A stretch of DNA of 64,000 nucleotides, taken from contig NC_058368.1 in the NCBI RefSeq assembly GCF_018350175.1, positions 61,940,001 through 62,004,000 of the forward strand. Direction: 5' to 3'. The stretch's first letter is position 1. Each line of letters starts with the position of its first letter. Under the pieces are notes generated by a model. That model was not told the DNA's origin, did no database searches, and saw only the letters and a list, made by a program, of their open reading frames with translations. This stretch comes from Felis catus. Its lineage: Eukaryota. This document shows positions 23,308-37,270 of this stretch, piece after piece. The position numbers and the translations under genes are program-made.

Positions 23308-26086
23308 GCTTTGCCCATTTTTAAAATCAGGCTGTTGTTGTTGACTGTTGGGTTGTATGAATTACTTTATATATTTTGTATATTAACCCCTTATGCTTGC
23401 AAGTATTTTCTCCCAATCCATAGGTTCCCTTTTCATTTGGTTGATTATTTACCTTACTGTGCAGGAGTATTTTAGCTTGATGTAGTCTCATTTTTAAATT
23501 TTTGCTTTTGTGGCCTGAGCTTTTGGTGTCTACTCTAAGAAGTTGTCAAGACCAATGTCAAGGAGCTTCCTCCTCTATTTTTTTTTTTTCATTTTTAATG
23601 GTTTTAGGTGTTGTGTTTGAGTCTTTAATCTATTTTGAATAATTTTTTTGTGTATGGGGAAGATAAAGGTCCAATTTAATGCATATGGATATTTTGTTTT
23701 CTCAGCACCATTTATTGAAGGGACTATCCTTTCTCCATTTTGTATTCTTGGCACTCTCGTCCAAATTAATTGACTACATATGCTTGGTTTATTTCTAGGC
23801 TCTCTATTCTGTTCCATTGCTCTATGTCTCTGTTCTTATGTCAGCACCACACTGTTTTAATTACTATAGATTCATAGTATAAATTGAAATCAGGAAATGT
23901 GATACCTCAAACTGTTTTTCTTTCTTCAAGATTACTTTGACTCTTTCAGGTCTTTTATGGTTATATGCGAATTTTATAATCGGTTTTTATTACTGAGGAA
24001 AGAAATATTTCAAATAATAACTAAAGTATATGAACACTAGTCTGTATATTATTCATTGATACATTTTTGAGACTTCAGCCTTAAGAACTTAACAAATATA
24101 AATCATGCAAAGTAACAAAAGTCATTTGAGTTTCTTCCTAAAAATCAAAAATATTTTTTAAAATTCTTCTCAACTTACATAGTTTTGTGAGTTTTAATCA
24201 GTTTTTCCTATCATCCACAAGGACACTTTTTAAATAAAAGTTTAAAAATTAGGATTTATTTTTCTATATTCAGAAAAGCAAATATTTCTCTATGCAATTT
24301 GTGTGGATTAGAAATATAAAGAACTTACCCATTCTGTTTACAAAGTTAATTTATACATTGTTTTTCTTTTGAAAGACAAAATTTTTTGATTCATGACTAC
24401 TTTATTTGATATAATAAAACAAGTCTTTCTTTTAATAAAGGATATTTATTTGCTACACAAACAAGCAGGTTTCAAAAAAAAATTCAGCAGTTCCTAGCAA
24501 AGTGGTGGTCAAGGCCTACTACTTTCATTAATAATCTTTGTGGAAGATGTGCTAACAAAATGGTAACACAAAAAATAACTTTGAAAAAGTCAGCATACAT
24601 GAAGGTATTACAGGGATGGTCAGGTACTAAGTAGACTGTCAGCTATATGGTTTGATTTTAAATTACTAGAAATCACCTCCAAACTGTGCCTAAATATTTC
24701 CAGCATCCTTCTGGCATATTGCTTGCAGTCCTTGCATTGATCATGTCTTCTTTTTATGAAATTGCTACAAGTAACAAGAAAGTATTTATTACAGTCTTCC
24801 AAATTCAATATGAATCAGAGTCCTAAGAGTTTCCTTCTAGTAACTAACACATCTTCTTTCCCTTTTGCTTTCAGTATTTTTAAAATTAATAGCTAAAAGG
24901 AATAGAGAGAACACAAAGAGGTAGCATAGAGAAAAGGGATGCTCTGTTCTAAAAAACTCTCAGTCCCTTAATATTCTCTAGTGAACTGAATCCCCAACCC
25001 CTCTTCAGTGAAGACAGTGGATATCTTGAGAGTTGTGCTGTAGGATTTGAATTAAACCCTCTATTTTTACAAACATAAAGGTTCAATGCTACTTCATATA
25101 TATAATTTAAAAACAATAAACATACATATTTAATATATATAAAATTTAAAATGACCTGTGTTGATCTCTCTTACTTTTTCAAATTAACCTACAATTTTTA
25201 ACAATAATTTAATATTGTGAACACTTGGCTGTGAGAGTTTCTACTATTTAATGGCAATTACAACCCTAAGAAATATATTTTTTTGACAGAAACATTAGTT
25301 CTTAATTCTGTAGTTGAACCAATGAATGTAGTTACTAAGCTATGTTCTCTACTTTTAATCAATTTTGGGTAAATTAATGAAACATCAAGAGATCTGCTGA
25401 AGTGATAAAGGGATTAATTAGCTCATGGACAGAAAACCACTTTTTTAATGCTTTGAAGCAAGCTGCCTATGCACAAAGCTTTGAAAACGATCATCAGTAT
25501 AATTGAAACAATTTCACTAAGAAACATATGCTTAAATTCTAGAAAATGTAAATTCATTAGCTGACCTAATGGGAACTATGCAGATAATTTCACAACTAAA
25601 ATAATAAGGCTATGCATAGCAAACTACCAAATGGCAGTAATGAAAATAGACAGAATATCTAATAACTGGGCGAAAGCATTTTGTCAACAGTTTTAAGCAA
25701 TCAGAATTAATGTCTAGAGCATTTGAAACACTGTTTCCTTCATTTTATAAAGCCCAAGTTAACAATCTTTCTCAAATTATGAGTTATTGTAGTTCTTATA
25801 TTATCCATAGAACTTTCATTGGAAAATACATGGAATGCTCTAGGGAAAAAATAAAAGAATAATTTATTTCTGGAGGACAATGCAATTAGAACTATTTAAC
25901 ATCAAGAAGATTTGGAAAGAGTATAAAATGATGTCCTATACTTATCACTAGATAATCATAATTATATAGCATAAATTATTATTTTATTTATATATGTGCT
26001 CACACTTAATATACAATTATTACATACAATGGATGACAACTTATATCATTATTTCTCTTAATGAATACATAATATTTGGAATGTGA

Positions 26087-28077
26087 TATGATAGGCTGAA
26101 TAATGTCTTTCCTACCCCAAGGTATGCATACCCTAATCCTCAGACCTGTGGATTTGTTACTTTATAAAGGACTTTTCAGATTTGATCAATTTAAGGATCT
26201 TTGGATGGGAAGATAAACCAGATTATGCAGGTAGGTATCATGGAATCATAAATGTCCTTTTAAGAATGACACAGTCGAGTTAGAGGCAGAGAAAGAAGAC
26301 GATGTGATGGTGGGAGGAAGGAGAGGGAACAAAGGTGACCTGATGCATGGCCACAAGCAAGGGGTAAGGACTGCCTCTAGAAGTTGATCAAACACAGAAA
26401 CAGATTGACCCCTAGAGACTCCAGAAGGAACTGGCTCCTTTAGCTCAGACTTTAAATTCTGACTTCCAGAATGGTAAGATAATACATTTTTGTTTTTTTA
26501 AGCCACTGTTTGTCTTCCTTTGTCATAGCAGCCATAGGAAACTAGTACGGATTTGGTACCAAAATGGGACTCTGATATAACAAATATGAGAAAATGCAGA
26601 AGTGGCTTTGGAATTGGGTAACGAGTAAAGGGCAGGATGAATCTTGGGAAGTGTTGGTAGAAATATGAATGTTACAGGCCCTGTTAATTAAGAATCTGAA
26701 GGAAATCAGGAACGTGTGATTAGAAATGTGAGCAAAGTGGGTTGTCGTTATATAGCAATAGGAAGCTTCACTGATTTGAGTCCTACAGTTGTATAGAAAG
26801 CAGAATTTTTAAGTGATGAACTTGGTTGTTTTGCTGAGACTTCAAGGAGTGTTGAAGATAAAACTTGGTTTTGAATTGCTATTTATAGTAAATGCAAGGA
26901 GAAAGAGATAAATTGAAGGAAATTGTGTTAAACAGAAGTAAGCAGGACTTCATTTGGGAAACTTTCAACGTATCCAGATTGCAAAAGAGCTAAAATTAGG
27001 AGATTCACTTAAGAATGATCTTAAGAGAAAGCCATGGGTGTGCCTGGACAGACTTTTTCTCGTGCCTCAGAAGTAACAAAGGTGCACATTATTTAGTCAC
27101 ACAGAAGGTTCTTTAAAGATCTTAAGTATGTGACTCATGTGACTCATGGATCTACTCACCCATTTTAGTGGAAACCAAAAATAAGGATGATATTGTCTAG
27201 GAAAACCTTTATAGAAGTTGATTTCTTAATGGAGTGAATCCTCTAGACATACACAGGAGATCCATAAGATACCTAAAAAAGTAGAATCAGCAGAAATGCT
27301 ATTGGCTTGGACCAAAGGGAACATAGAAAGGGCAGATGATAGAAGGCTGTCAGATTCCAAAAATTCTATTGGCAGGAAAAATACTGATAAAACCAATTAG
27401 CTGCAAACACATGCTACCCTTCATGAAGAAAGGAGCATGACTCATAAGGTAGAACTGAGTGAGAGTCCAGACACAGAGCTGCGGGATCAGAGGGTAGAAC
27501 CTAAGGTCAAATGGACTATTGCCAAGGCTTGACACCTAATGGAGTATGTACAGTTAGATTATAAATTTACTTGAAACTGATGATTCTTTTTTTTTTTTTT
27601 TTTGCCCCTTTCAGTTTCTTCCTTTTGAAAGGAAATAATGCCTATCACACTACTGCATTTTGGGAGTAGCTGTCTTGATTTTACTTTCTCAGTTATACAT
27701 TTGGCGAGGAAGTTTGACCAGCATGGATCACACCCAGACCTCACCCATACTTGATTTAGATGATTTAGATGATACAATTTGGAACTTTGGAGGTGATAAG
27801 ACTTATATGAGATTTGGAATTGAGTTATTCTGCAACTGTTTGAGACTTCTGGGGATGTTGGGATGAATGTATTTTACATATGAGATAAATATGGGTATCT
27901 GAGGCAATGAGCACACAGTGGCAAGATTCCTTCCAAATGCCCTTCCAAAGATGTATATACCTGAACTCTGAAGCCTGTGAATACATTACCTTACATGGCG
28001 AAAGAGACTTGTAGACATGATTCAGTTAATGCTATTGATATGGGGAGATTATCCTGGATTATATGGGTGGACCCAGT
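26087..28077 (+). mobile_element. MLT1 (MLT1D-like) ERVL-MaLR: 5' LTR 26087-26549, internal 26550-27916, truncated 3' LTR 27917-28077
   Basis: LTR TAGGCTGAATAATG...CATAGGAAACTAGTAC; internal start GATTTGGTACC...GAAGTGGCTTTGGAATTGGGTAA; second LTR CCTGTGAATACATTACCTTACATGG...GGGGAGATTATCCTGGATTAT. Confidence 0.85.
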
Positions 28078-29585
28078 CTTTCAGGAGCATTAGTAAATTT
28101 ATGTATGTGCCAGTTTTTTCTCACAGCATCCATCATGATCACCATCAATAAGTTTTATTGAATACTTACTAGTTATTTACTCAACTTACTTATAGTTACT
28201 AAACATGTTGGGTGCCAGAGGATTTCTTACCAGAGTCTTTGTCCTGGTAATGTTTTAACATTATTTCATTTAAATTACAGTTTAAGGTGGATATCATCAC
28301 CCATAGGGAGGAAGACGGGGGCTCTCAATTACACGTATGTCTATCCTAGAGATCAAGTTTAGAGAGGTTGTTATATTTATACAAATCAATGAGGTCACAT
28401 GGTGTTAAAGGAAAAACTGGAGAACAAGAAAATAAAAGGCCACGTACAAATGTTAGGGAATATGAATATTAACTGAATATAAGAGATTGAAGATGAAGTA
28501 CAAAAGTGACTGAGTTACTGGAACAGTTGGTAGAAGGAGAAAGATAGTGTTTAAAAAATTGTAAGAATGAAGAAAGTTTTAAAGGAATTGCCATCTAAAG
28601 TGACAAATATATGGATAATAGCTCTTTTAATTGGACAATTAGAAATTATTGATCACAGTTTTCAAGAGAAATTTTATAACTTTCCATCAGATTCCTAACT
28701 CTAACAGTGGAAAAGAATTTGTATGAGTTTGTGCATATAAAGCCTCAGATATTATCTGCCCCATCTAATATTTTATGCTTCCACACACTATAATTTTGTC
28801 TAAAGAAATTACATAATAAGGTCTAGAGAAAAAGGCAATCTTAAAAAAAGTTGTAAAATAAAACAGATAATGTGTAATATTCTCCTTTACCCTGACTTTC
28901 TCTTTTGTGTTGTTTGTTTTCTGACCAATATGTGATTGACTCTTAATCTGTTAGTATGAAAAGGAAGGACCATCTAAGACTGTAATTATGTTACATTTTA
29001 CAGCTTTTGCATAAAATATCTTGAGTCCACAGATGACTTGTTTGACAAAATTTATTGAGCTGCTACTAAGCAAAGAATAGATAACAGAAAATGCCATATT
29101 GAGCCTTTAGAAAGCCTTCTTAAGATGATAGATGTTAATTGTGGAGGTTCGTCAAATAAGTATAGAATTACTACTCAAATAACTTGCAATAAATATATAT
29201 CTAAATTACTGCAAAATCATTTGATGTATTTGTTGCTTTTCTCATTAGCAAAGCTGCAAGAGCTAGGAGAAAGAGAATGTGGTACTTTAAAATGCATGTA
29301 ATTTATAGATATGGTCGTTTGTCATTTGAGAAATATATTGTGTTCATTCATTAAAACATATTCAAAGCATTTTTTAGACATAAATCTTGGATGTGCATTT
29401 ACTCTCTGATTTAATTTCAGTACATAAATAATATTTCATTATAAAAATCTTTCATATATCCCCTGAAATTTTCTGGAAGAAACACATATTTACTTTTATA
29501 ATAGGACATAAAGGGAAAATAAATTCATCATATCTAATTTTTCAATCTAGGCAACGATGGAGCATTAAAAAAACCTTATATTGAT

Positions 29586-29793
29586 GGGCGCCTGGGTGGC
29601 TCAGTCAGTTGAGCATCTGACGTCAGCTTGAGCATCTGACGTCGAGCCCCAGGTCAAGCTCTGTGATGAAATCTTGGAGACTGGAGCCTGCTTTGGATTC
29701 TGTGTCTCCCTCTATCTCTGCTCCTCCCCTGCTTGCACTCTGTCTCTCTCTCTCAAAAATAAATAAACAACACCAAAAAACAAACAAACAAAC
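29586..29793 (+). mobile_element. CanSINE with internal deletion/duplication
   Basis: Head and tail typical; imperfect TSD AAAAAACC(T/C)TATATTG. Confidence 0.92.
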
Positions 29794-32368
29794 AAAAAAC
29801 CCTATATTGTTAACTGATATATGGTATTGTTACTGTTACAAACCATAATAAAGCCTAAAAATGATTATGTTTTGCCAAACACAGTTCTTTACATGTATTT
29901 CATAATTTAATTAAATACTAAGACAAAGTTTTTAAAATTATATTAGACCTCCCATCGAGGTGTTATAAACAGACTCACCTGTCCTTTCTTGAGAATCACT
30001 TCTCTAATTATGAAGCAACAACATAATCCCTTGAAAACGAATCAAGCACATCTGGTAACTTTATTTCATTATTAAATGTTCTTATGGAAAGGTAGTTGCG
30101 TTAATCATGATGCTTCCTTGTCATTCAAAAGGGCAGGGAATTTTAACTGACATTTTTAAATGATAACATAATGAAGTATCTCTTTTTAAAAAAATAGCCA
30201 TATTCTTTGGAGACTGTTTTAGTCACCTCTGATTTTCCACAGCTTCTAGAAATGAAAATTGCTGAAGCATGTGAGACATTTTAAAGTTAACTTCTAAGGT
30301 AAATAAACATAAAAAAATTTAAAAAATAAACAGAAGTTTTAAAAATATGACAATTAGGTTATAGAGGAATCATGCAAATTTTCATTCACGTCCATTGATT
30401 TAACAAATCTGAATCATATATGATGCCCCAAGCATGATGCTACATAGTAGGGAAGATGGATTTGGCAAGATTCCTTCTTCAAAGAATTCATAGCTCAAGA
30501 GAAAGGAAATACAACAAAAATGTGATTATATTCCCAAGTGTTACTCTGGAGGTATGCATAACATAACCATAGGTATCTTGGAGGTATCAACTAATAGCCT
30601 GAAGAATCACGAATTAGCTAGTAAAAATAAATGGGATTTGAGAATCAAGGTAATAGAAAGTAGATCAAAAGATTCCCCCATGGCATTCTCATTATGGTCA
30701 GTGTCTATGTAATTCCTCATCATGCACTCCACACCTTTAGTTTACTCTCAAATTATACATTTATTGAAGCGAGGGATTCTTTTTAATTCTAGCAGACACT
30801 GAAGCTGTTGCATTCAGAATAATTAAACGGCTTTAAAAACTAATGTCCTCAGAGCTTCAGTCTCAGAGGTCCTGATTTATGGAATGTTGTTTTTTCAAGG
30901 TAGAGAATTGAGTGGGATTGGGAAAAACTTATGACATAATAATTTAGGATTAATGGACACAAAGAGACTGTAGTCTTAAAGAAGTTTACAAGTAAAATAT
31001 TGTCTAAGAGAACTGATTGACCAGAAGAGATTTTACCCTAATGAATAAACTCTTTCTAAAATAGATGGGCTTGCAGAATTTTTGTCAAGCAATGAGTGAA
31101 ATTATATATTGATTTATTGTTTTATCTTCCTGGGTAGTGCTTTACTGGAACTAAAACTTAAGTTATTATTGATACAAATAACCTCAGTTCTCAATCTTCA
31201 TTGTTATGTTGATGCAGGTAGGTGGTCTTAGTTCTTAGCACTTGGACAGGTTCTTGTATTTTCAGTTACTGCACAAATATTGTTTTTAATCAATGGCTTA
31301 CACTCTCATAATAATTTTTCTGAGCAATGTAGTATATTGGCTACATATACTTTATCACAGTATTATAGTTAAACATTTCTTACACTTGGCTAAATTACTT
31401 GATGTGTTGGTTCACTAGGAGTGTGTGAGAATTCTGATTTCTCTATATTTTATTTCTCAGAGTTTTATGTTATGTTTCTACAATTGCAGTCATCCCTCAT
31501 ATTTATTGACCTTTTATAGTTCTTTCTTTGGGAATTTATTATTGATAGCATTTGCACGTATTCCAATATTTTCTTCCATTGAAGGTTTTTAAATATATAT
31601 TTATTGTTACTGACACTTTAAACTTTTCTTAGTCTGTTATTTATTTTTTAATACTTTTATAGTATTCAGTTTTATAAACTTTACTTTTGATATAATACAA
31701 TTTTCCAGTCTTTGGTTATTCATATATTCTGTTTCTTATACTTTAAAAAAATATTTCCCACCCTAATGCCATTTATTTTTCATTCATCAGTTTCTTTTCC
31801 ATGTGTTAAAATGTTGTTTAATCTATTGAATATAATTTATTTACATTTTTTATGAGTCAGGGATATAATTTTAATATTTTTAAATACATGTACCTACATC
31901 TATGCATTTTTCTTCAAATACTATTTACTTTCATTCCACACATTTTGAAATGCAGTACTTTTATATGTAATCCAGTTTAAATATTTCAAAACTGCATTTG
32001 TGATTTTCTTTTTAACTTTAGGTACACTGAAGAAAGTGTATATGCATTTAATTCTCAGGGATGTAATTGACTTTTTTCTCTTGTTATTATTGGTATTGTG
32101 ATACTTCTGTTTACCTTTTTTATTAGTGATGATTTTTAACTCTGCAGCCCTGTGGCTTCTGATACAGAGATAGAATGTTTGTCTATCTTTAATTTATTTA
32201 ATTCTACTTAAGTATAAATGTGTTTAATATTTTCTATTCACTCTCAACTTCCAAGAGAAGAACTTTATCAAGGTCTCTTACCTCCCTAAACTATCTTGCT
32301 GCCTCCTACTGTGTATTTCATTTCTGTATGGCCAGTGTTTTTATTTTAACCCTTCTTTAAACAAAAAT

Positions 32369-32680
32369 TATTATGGACTTGATATTTATGTCTACCCAAA
32401 TCCATATGCTGAAGCTCTAATACCAACTGTGGCTATATTGAAAGATGGGGCACCTAAGAAATAAATTAAGGTTAAATAAGGTCATAAGGCTGGGGCCCTG
32501 TCAATATGATTACCGCCCGTATAAGAAGAGACATCAGAGTACTAGCTTGCTCTTTCTGCATGAGTTCACTGAGGAGAGTCCATCTTCGAGAGGATGACTA
32601 TCCACAAACGACATCAGCCAGAACCTTGATCTTGGACTTCTAGTATCTAGAGATGTAGAGGCAAACTTTTCAGTCTTAGT
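32369..32680 (+). mobile_element. MLT1A-like solo LTR
   Basis: CCCAAATCCATATGCTGAAGCTCTAA, TAATTAAGGTTAAAT.AGGTCATAAGG.TGGGGCCCT, ACCTTGATCTTGGACTTC. Confidence 0.8.
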
Positions 32681-33077
32681 GGCTCAAATTATTACATCTC
32701 CACCATTATCTCACAGTTCTTTTTCAAATGCTACTAGGCATATGTTCAAGTCACTCAAAGTCTATCTCTCAACCTCACACTTTAACTCTTTTACTCTCTG
32801 TAGTGATTTGTCAGTGTTTTATAGATACTGTCTTAAAGTCTCTTCCCTCCACAGTGTACAATATATAAATTATCCTATCCAAAACGTTTGGTTTTGTCTT
32901 CTAGTTAATAAATGAATCTGGATTTTGTTATTGTCTAATATTTTTGGGTTTGTTTTTGTGTGTGTGTATTCTTGTCTAATGTTTCCATGTTCTTATTAAT
33001 AGTTTATTTATTTATTATGTAGGTTATTTATATTATACATCTTTTAAGATGTAAAGCATCTTTTGAAAATTAATTTT

Positions 33078-33268
33078 GGGGACACCAGGATAGCTCAGTT
33101 GGTTAAGTGTCTGGTTCTTATTTTGGCTCAGATCATGGTTTCACACTTTCATGGGATTGAGCCCCATGTTGGGCTGTGCAGAGCCTGCTTGTGATTCTCT
33201 CTCCCTCTCTCTAACCCATCCCTGCTCACACTCTTTCCCTCTCTCAAAAATAAATAAACATTTAAAAA
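33078..33268 (+). mobile_element. CanSINE (older variant)
   Basis: GGGGACACCAGGATAGCTCAGTTGGTTAAG head; imperfect TSD AAAATT(A/C)ATTTTG. Confidence 0.9.
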
Positions 33269-35317
33269 ATTCATTTTGAGGTACTCCTAATACTCGATTT
33301 TTTGAGAATCGATTTATATTCTAATTATCTCTTTTGTTGTGTCATCTTTCTTAGTATTACTTTCTAGATAGGATTTGCCACTCCATTAAAGGATTATATA
33401 TATATGTGTATATGTAATAAATACTTATAAATATATATGTATACATATAAGTTATGATTTATTGTTATGTATATAGTTTGACCAGAATTTTTGGATTTTT
33501 GTTGTTTTTATAATTTATGTGTGTGTGTTGATTGCTTCCCCCCCCCCCACTTTGTCTCCTTAAGACCCTTTTCAGAGTCATCCTCTATAAGTAGCTCAAA
33601 ATTCCCGTCCCTACAATTATACAGAAATTACAGAGCCTGGTGGCTAGACCCAAGTCTACTTATTTTCTTTTTCCCTTCTATCATCTCTGTCTATAAATAC
33701 ACTACTTATTCTATACTTTGTAGGATGGTCAACTACTTTAGGCTCTAATTTTACTCAAAGTCTAATACTCTTGCTGAATATCAGGTGTCTTGTTCCCTGA
33801 TGTCGAACTCCAAACCACCATTGTCTGTGTCTGGTGCCAAGGCTCCACAGGTTGTGGTTTCATCTTTGACTAACAATTGTGTTTCCTGTTCCACATCTGA
33901 CACAGATTGGTCCTTACTTTGTTTTGAAGCAGCAATCTTTTTATTGGCTTTTTAAAAATAACTTATTCCTGGGGGTTTTCAGAAGGTAATTTTAGTTATG
34001 TGTTTGTTCTTTAAGAGTTAAAGCACGGACCCTAAGTGTGTCTTGATGTAGATGAATGTTCACCACCTTTCTTGTAGGACAGAGACAGGACACAAAGAAA
34101 CTAAATCCTTTCTCGATCTGGGATGTTCACAAGCTTAACAAACAAATATTTGAGAATAAAGTATGCTTTACAAAATGTAGATGAAAAGAAACAAAGAGGC
34201 CACTGTCTGCTTTTATCCTATGTAGTAATGCAGTTTTCCAAAAAAGAGTAAAGTAAGTTATTTATTCATGTGATCATTAAGTTAACGACATACAAGGGGA
34301 GAAGTACTAAGAATCTATGAACTATGCATTAAATTTAATCATCCTTTTTGTAATTAATAGTCTCTGAAATACATATTAAGCCTAAATACATGAATAACTT
34401 TAAATTGAGGGTCACAATGTTAAATCCCCATGATAAATCTCAGTGAATTTATAACAAGCTAATGAACATAATATGTAGTACAATTATCTCTTAAATTATT
34501 ATGACTGATAAATGCCCTATTTCCAATCCATGACACCATGAATTTAGATCAAATGAAATTTTGAATGTTTAAACTGTTGTTATTTATCTCTTGATTTTAT
34601 TTTATTATTTTAATGCCTCAAAATACAAAGAACTTAAAAAGATAGTTCTAAAACAGCTTGACATATTATGAAATTTTAATACTCTGAACTCAGACTCAAA
34701 TTATTTCTAAGATTGTGTTTCAATTAATGTGTAAGTTTTTGCTGTCCTCTGGAGGCAGCTTCTAAAGCTCGCCCTTCTATTCCATAGGACTGTCTAAAAC
34801 AATAAACACTTCTTATGAAAGGCCTTAATTAAGAATAAAATGAAGAATTATTCAGTTTTCTAACATTGTCTAATGTATGTAATTTTTGTCATATTATTTA
34901 ACTCTAAACAATACAACTCTAATATTCACTGATGGAGTATACATCTGAAGTGAATATATTTTAAACAATTATATGCATATTGTCATATAAATACAAGAAA
35001 AAAAAATAAAAACTTTTTAAGAATCTCACTAACCAGAGAATAATATCATTAACCCATTGTTCTATTTTCCATTTCTGGTTTTGTAATGAACATATCAGAT
35101 CTATGTTATCCAATTGAAAAATAAATATTTGTCTATTTTTTATCAAACAATTCCTCATGCTATAAAATAGTCACCATAAATAATGTTAGTAGCTTCATAA
35201 TATGCTAGTGTAAAAAATTATGGTACAGTTCTGGTGTGCAAGAATGCATGTAAGTGACCTGTAATTGTAATTTAGGTTATCTTTAGAAAAAAATATTGCT
35301 TTTCTTTTCTATATCTT

Positions 35318-35539
35318 TTTTTTTAATTTTTTTTTCAACGTTTATTTTATTTTTGGGACAGAGAGAGACAGAGCATGAACGGGGGAGGGGCAGAGAGAGA
35401 GGGAGACACAGAATCGGAAACAGGCTCCAGGCTCTGAGCCATCAGCCCAGAGCCTGACGCGGGGCTCAAACCCACAGACCGCGAGATCATGACCTGGCTG
35501 AAGTCGGACGCTTAACCGACTGCGCCACCCAGGCGCCCC
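35318..35539 (-). mobile_element. Young CanSINE (SINEC_Fc)
   Basis: 15-bp TSD TCTTTTCTATATCTT at 35303-35317 and 35541-35555. Confidence 0.98.
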
Positions 35540-36319
35540 ATCTTTTCTATATCTTAATTAAATACTTTAAACATTAACGTACGTATCTTTTCCCTACTAC
35601 ATGACACAAGGTGTGGTAGATACTTTTTGGAAGCATGTGTGCATTGTTTTCCACTGCAACATCTTTTTATGGAGTTCAAATATGCATGATTTGTATTTTT
35701 ATTAATAATTGAACAATAAGTTTATCTTAACTAAGTTTACCATGTTTTTCAATATTCACATCAACATTTATAGTGAATATTTCCCAGGAATAGCACTAGC
35801 TTAGATGTGTTATTTTTTAAAGGAGTCACTATGTCTGAAAACAATTCGGGGCTCCCACAGGGGCAGACCCAGTTTTAAGGATCACGACACTCAGAGAAAC
35901 TCATAGCTATGCCTTACTATCAGGTGTTTGCGGTTCTCCCAGGCCAGCTGCAATTTCCCCATCAAGTATCTTCTTACAAACACAATGCTACTTACTTAGA
36001 TCATGTAGCACCTTATCAGGTTATCAGAGGAACAGAGCTAAGTAGTTAACCAAAGATCAATTGTGCATGTAGAAGAGGAAAGAATTTTGTCTACCCACAT
36101 ATCTTGCCTTGTATAGATTTTGGTTTCTACATCTGTCTTGACAAATGTCTTTATATCACTGATTATATAAATTATTCCATTCATATGTAAATTACATAAC
36201 AGATACATGGTAGAAGGAAATTCATAAATATATAATTTAAATATTCAATTCCAGTATATAGGTATTATATATATAGTGACATCTTAAAATGTATGCAGAG
36301 CTTCATTTTCTTCCTACCC

Positions 36320-37270
36320 ACTAGATTTATTGAATTATAATTGATAATTCAAATTATATATGTTTAATGTGTACAATTTGACAATTTGTTATACCATACA
36401 TTAGGAAATATTCACCACAATCAAAGTAATTAACATATCCATCAGCCTACATACTGTTTTCTTTACTTTTTTGGTGTGATGATAATAAAACTTAAATTCT
36501 GGGGCGCCTGGGTGGCGCAGTGTGTTAAGCGTCCGACTTCAGCCAGGTCACGATCTCGCAGTCCGTGAGTTTGAGCCCCGCGTCAGGCTCTGGGCTGATG
36601 GCTCAGAGCCTGGAGCCTGTTTCCGATTCTGTGTCTCCCTCTCTCTCTGCCCCTCCCCCGTTCATGCTCTGTCTCTCTCTGTCCCAAAAATAAATAAACG
36701 TTGAAAAAAAATTTTTTTAAACTTAAATTCTATTTTTTTAGCAAATTTAAAATATACAATACTATATTGTATATTGTATATTTTTAACTATAGTCACATT
36801 TTTGTACATTAGGTCTCCATAATTTGTTCATGTTCTATAACTGAAACTTTGTACCCCTTGACCAATATCTCTACATTTCCCTCTCCCCCAGCCCTTGGTA
36901 ACCACTCTTCTACTCTCTATTTCTGAATTCAGACTTTACATACAAGTGAGATCATGCAGTTTTTGTCTTTCTGTGTCTGACTCATTTCACTTAGCAAAAT
37001 GTCCTCCAAGTTCACCCATATTGACATATATGGCAGAACTTCCTTCTTTTTGTGGCTGAATAATATTCCATTGTATATATATGTATGGAATGTATATAAC
37101 GAGGCTGAGTCCATATCTTGGCTATTGTAATAATGCTGGAATGAACATGGAATACAGATCACTTCAAGATCTTTATTTTACTTCCTTTGGCTTTATATAC
37201 AAAAGTGAGATTGCTACATGATAAGGTGATTCTATTTTTAATTTTTTCCCATGCTCCTTGTCCTAATGGC
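36320..37270 (-). mobile_element. L1 3' end (L1MA9-like), interrupted by a SINE
   Basis: Minus ORF 36929-37162 ends in the ORF2 C-terminus (WVNLEDILLSEMSQTQKDKNCMISL); antisense 3' UTR. Confidence 0.9.
36501..36718 (+). mobile_element. Young CanSINE (SINEC_Fc) nested in L1
   Basis: TSD AAACTTAAATTCT at 36488-36500 and 36719-36731. Confidence 0.98.

Larger units (their letters stand above)
21605..23990 (-). mobile_element. 5'-truncated L1 (L1MA9-like 3' UTR plus ORF2 3' part), interrupted by a solo LTR and a SINE
   Basis: Minus ORFs 22865-23107 ([19 protein letters not shown]) and 23575-23817 resemble L1 ORF2; antisense 3' UTR blocks at 21610-21700 and 22250-22560. Confidence 0.92.

Noticed and set aside
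24323..24345. Minus-strand 5-nt microexon (CAG|AATGG|GTAAGT), and a similar 20-nt candidate near 63719-63750
   Set aside because: Lengths are not multiples of 3, polypyrimidine tracts are weak, and such motifs are expected by chance in 64 kb.
21605..37270. Similarity between 21605-22860 and 36320-37270 (and between 12840-13170 and 37795-38190) as a segmental duplication or shared insertion hotspot
   Set aside because: They are independent, diverged copies of the same L1 families with unrelated flanks; nearby nested insertion points are plausibly coincidental.
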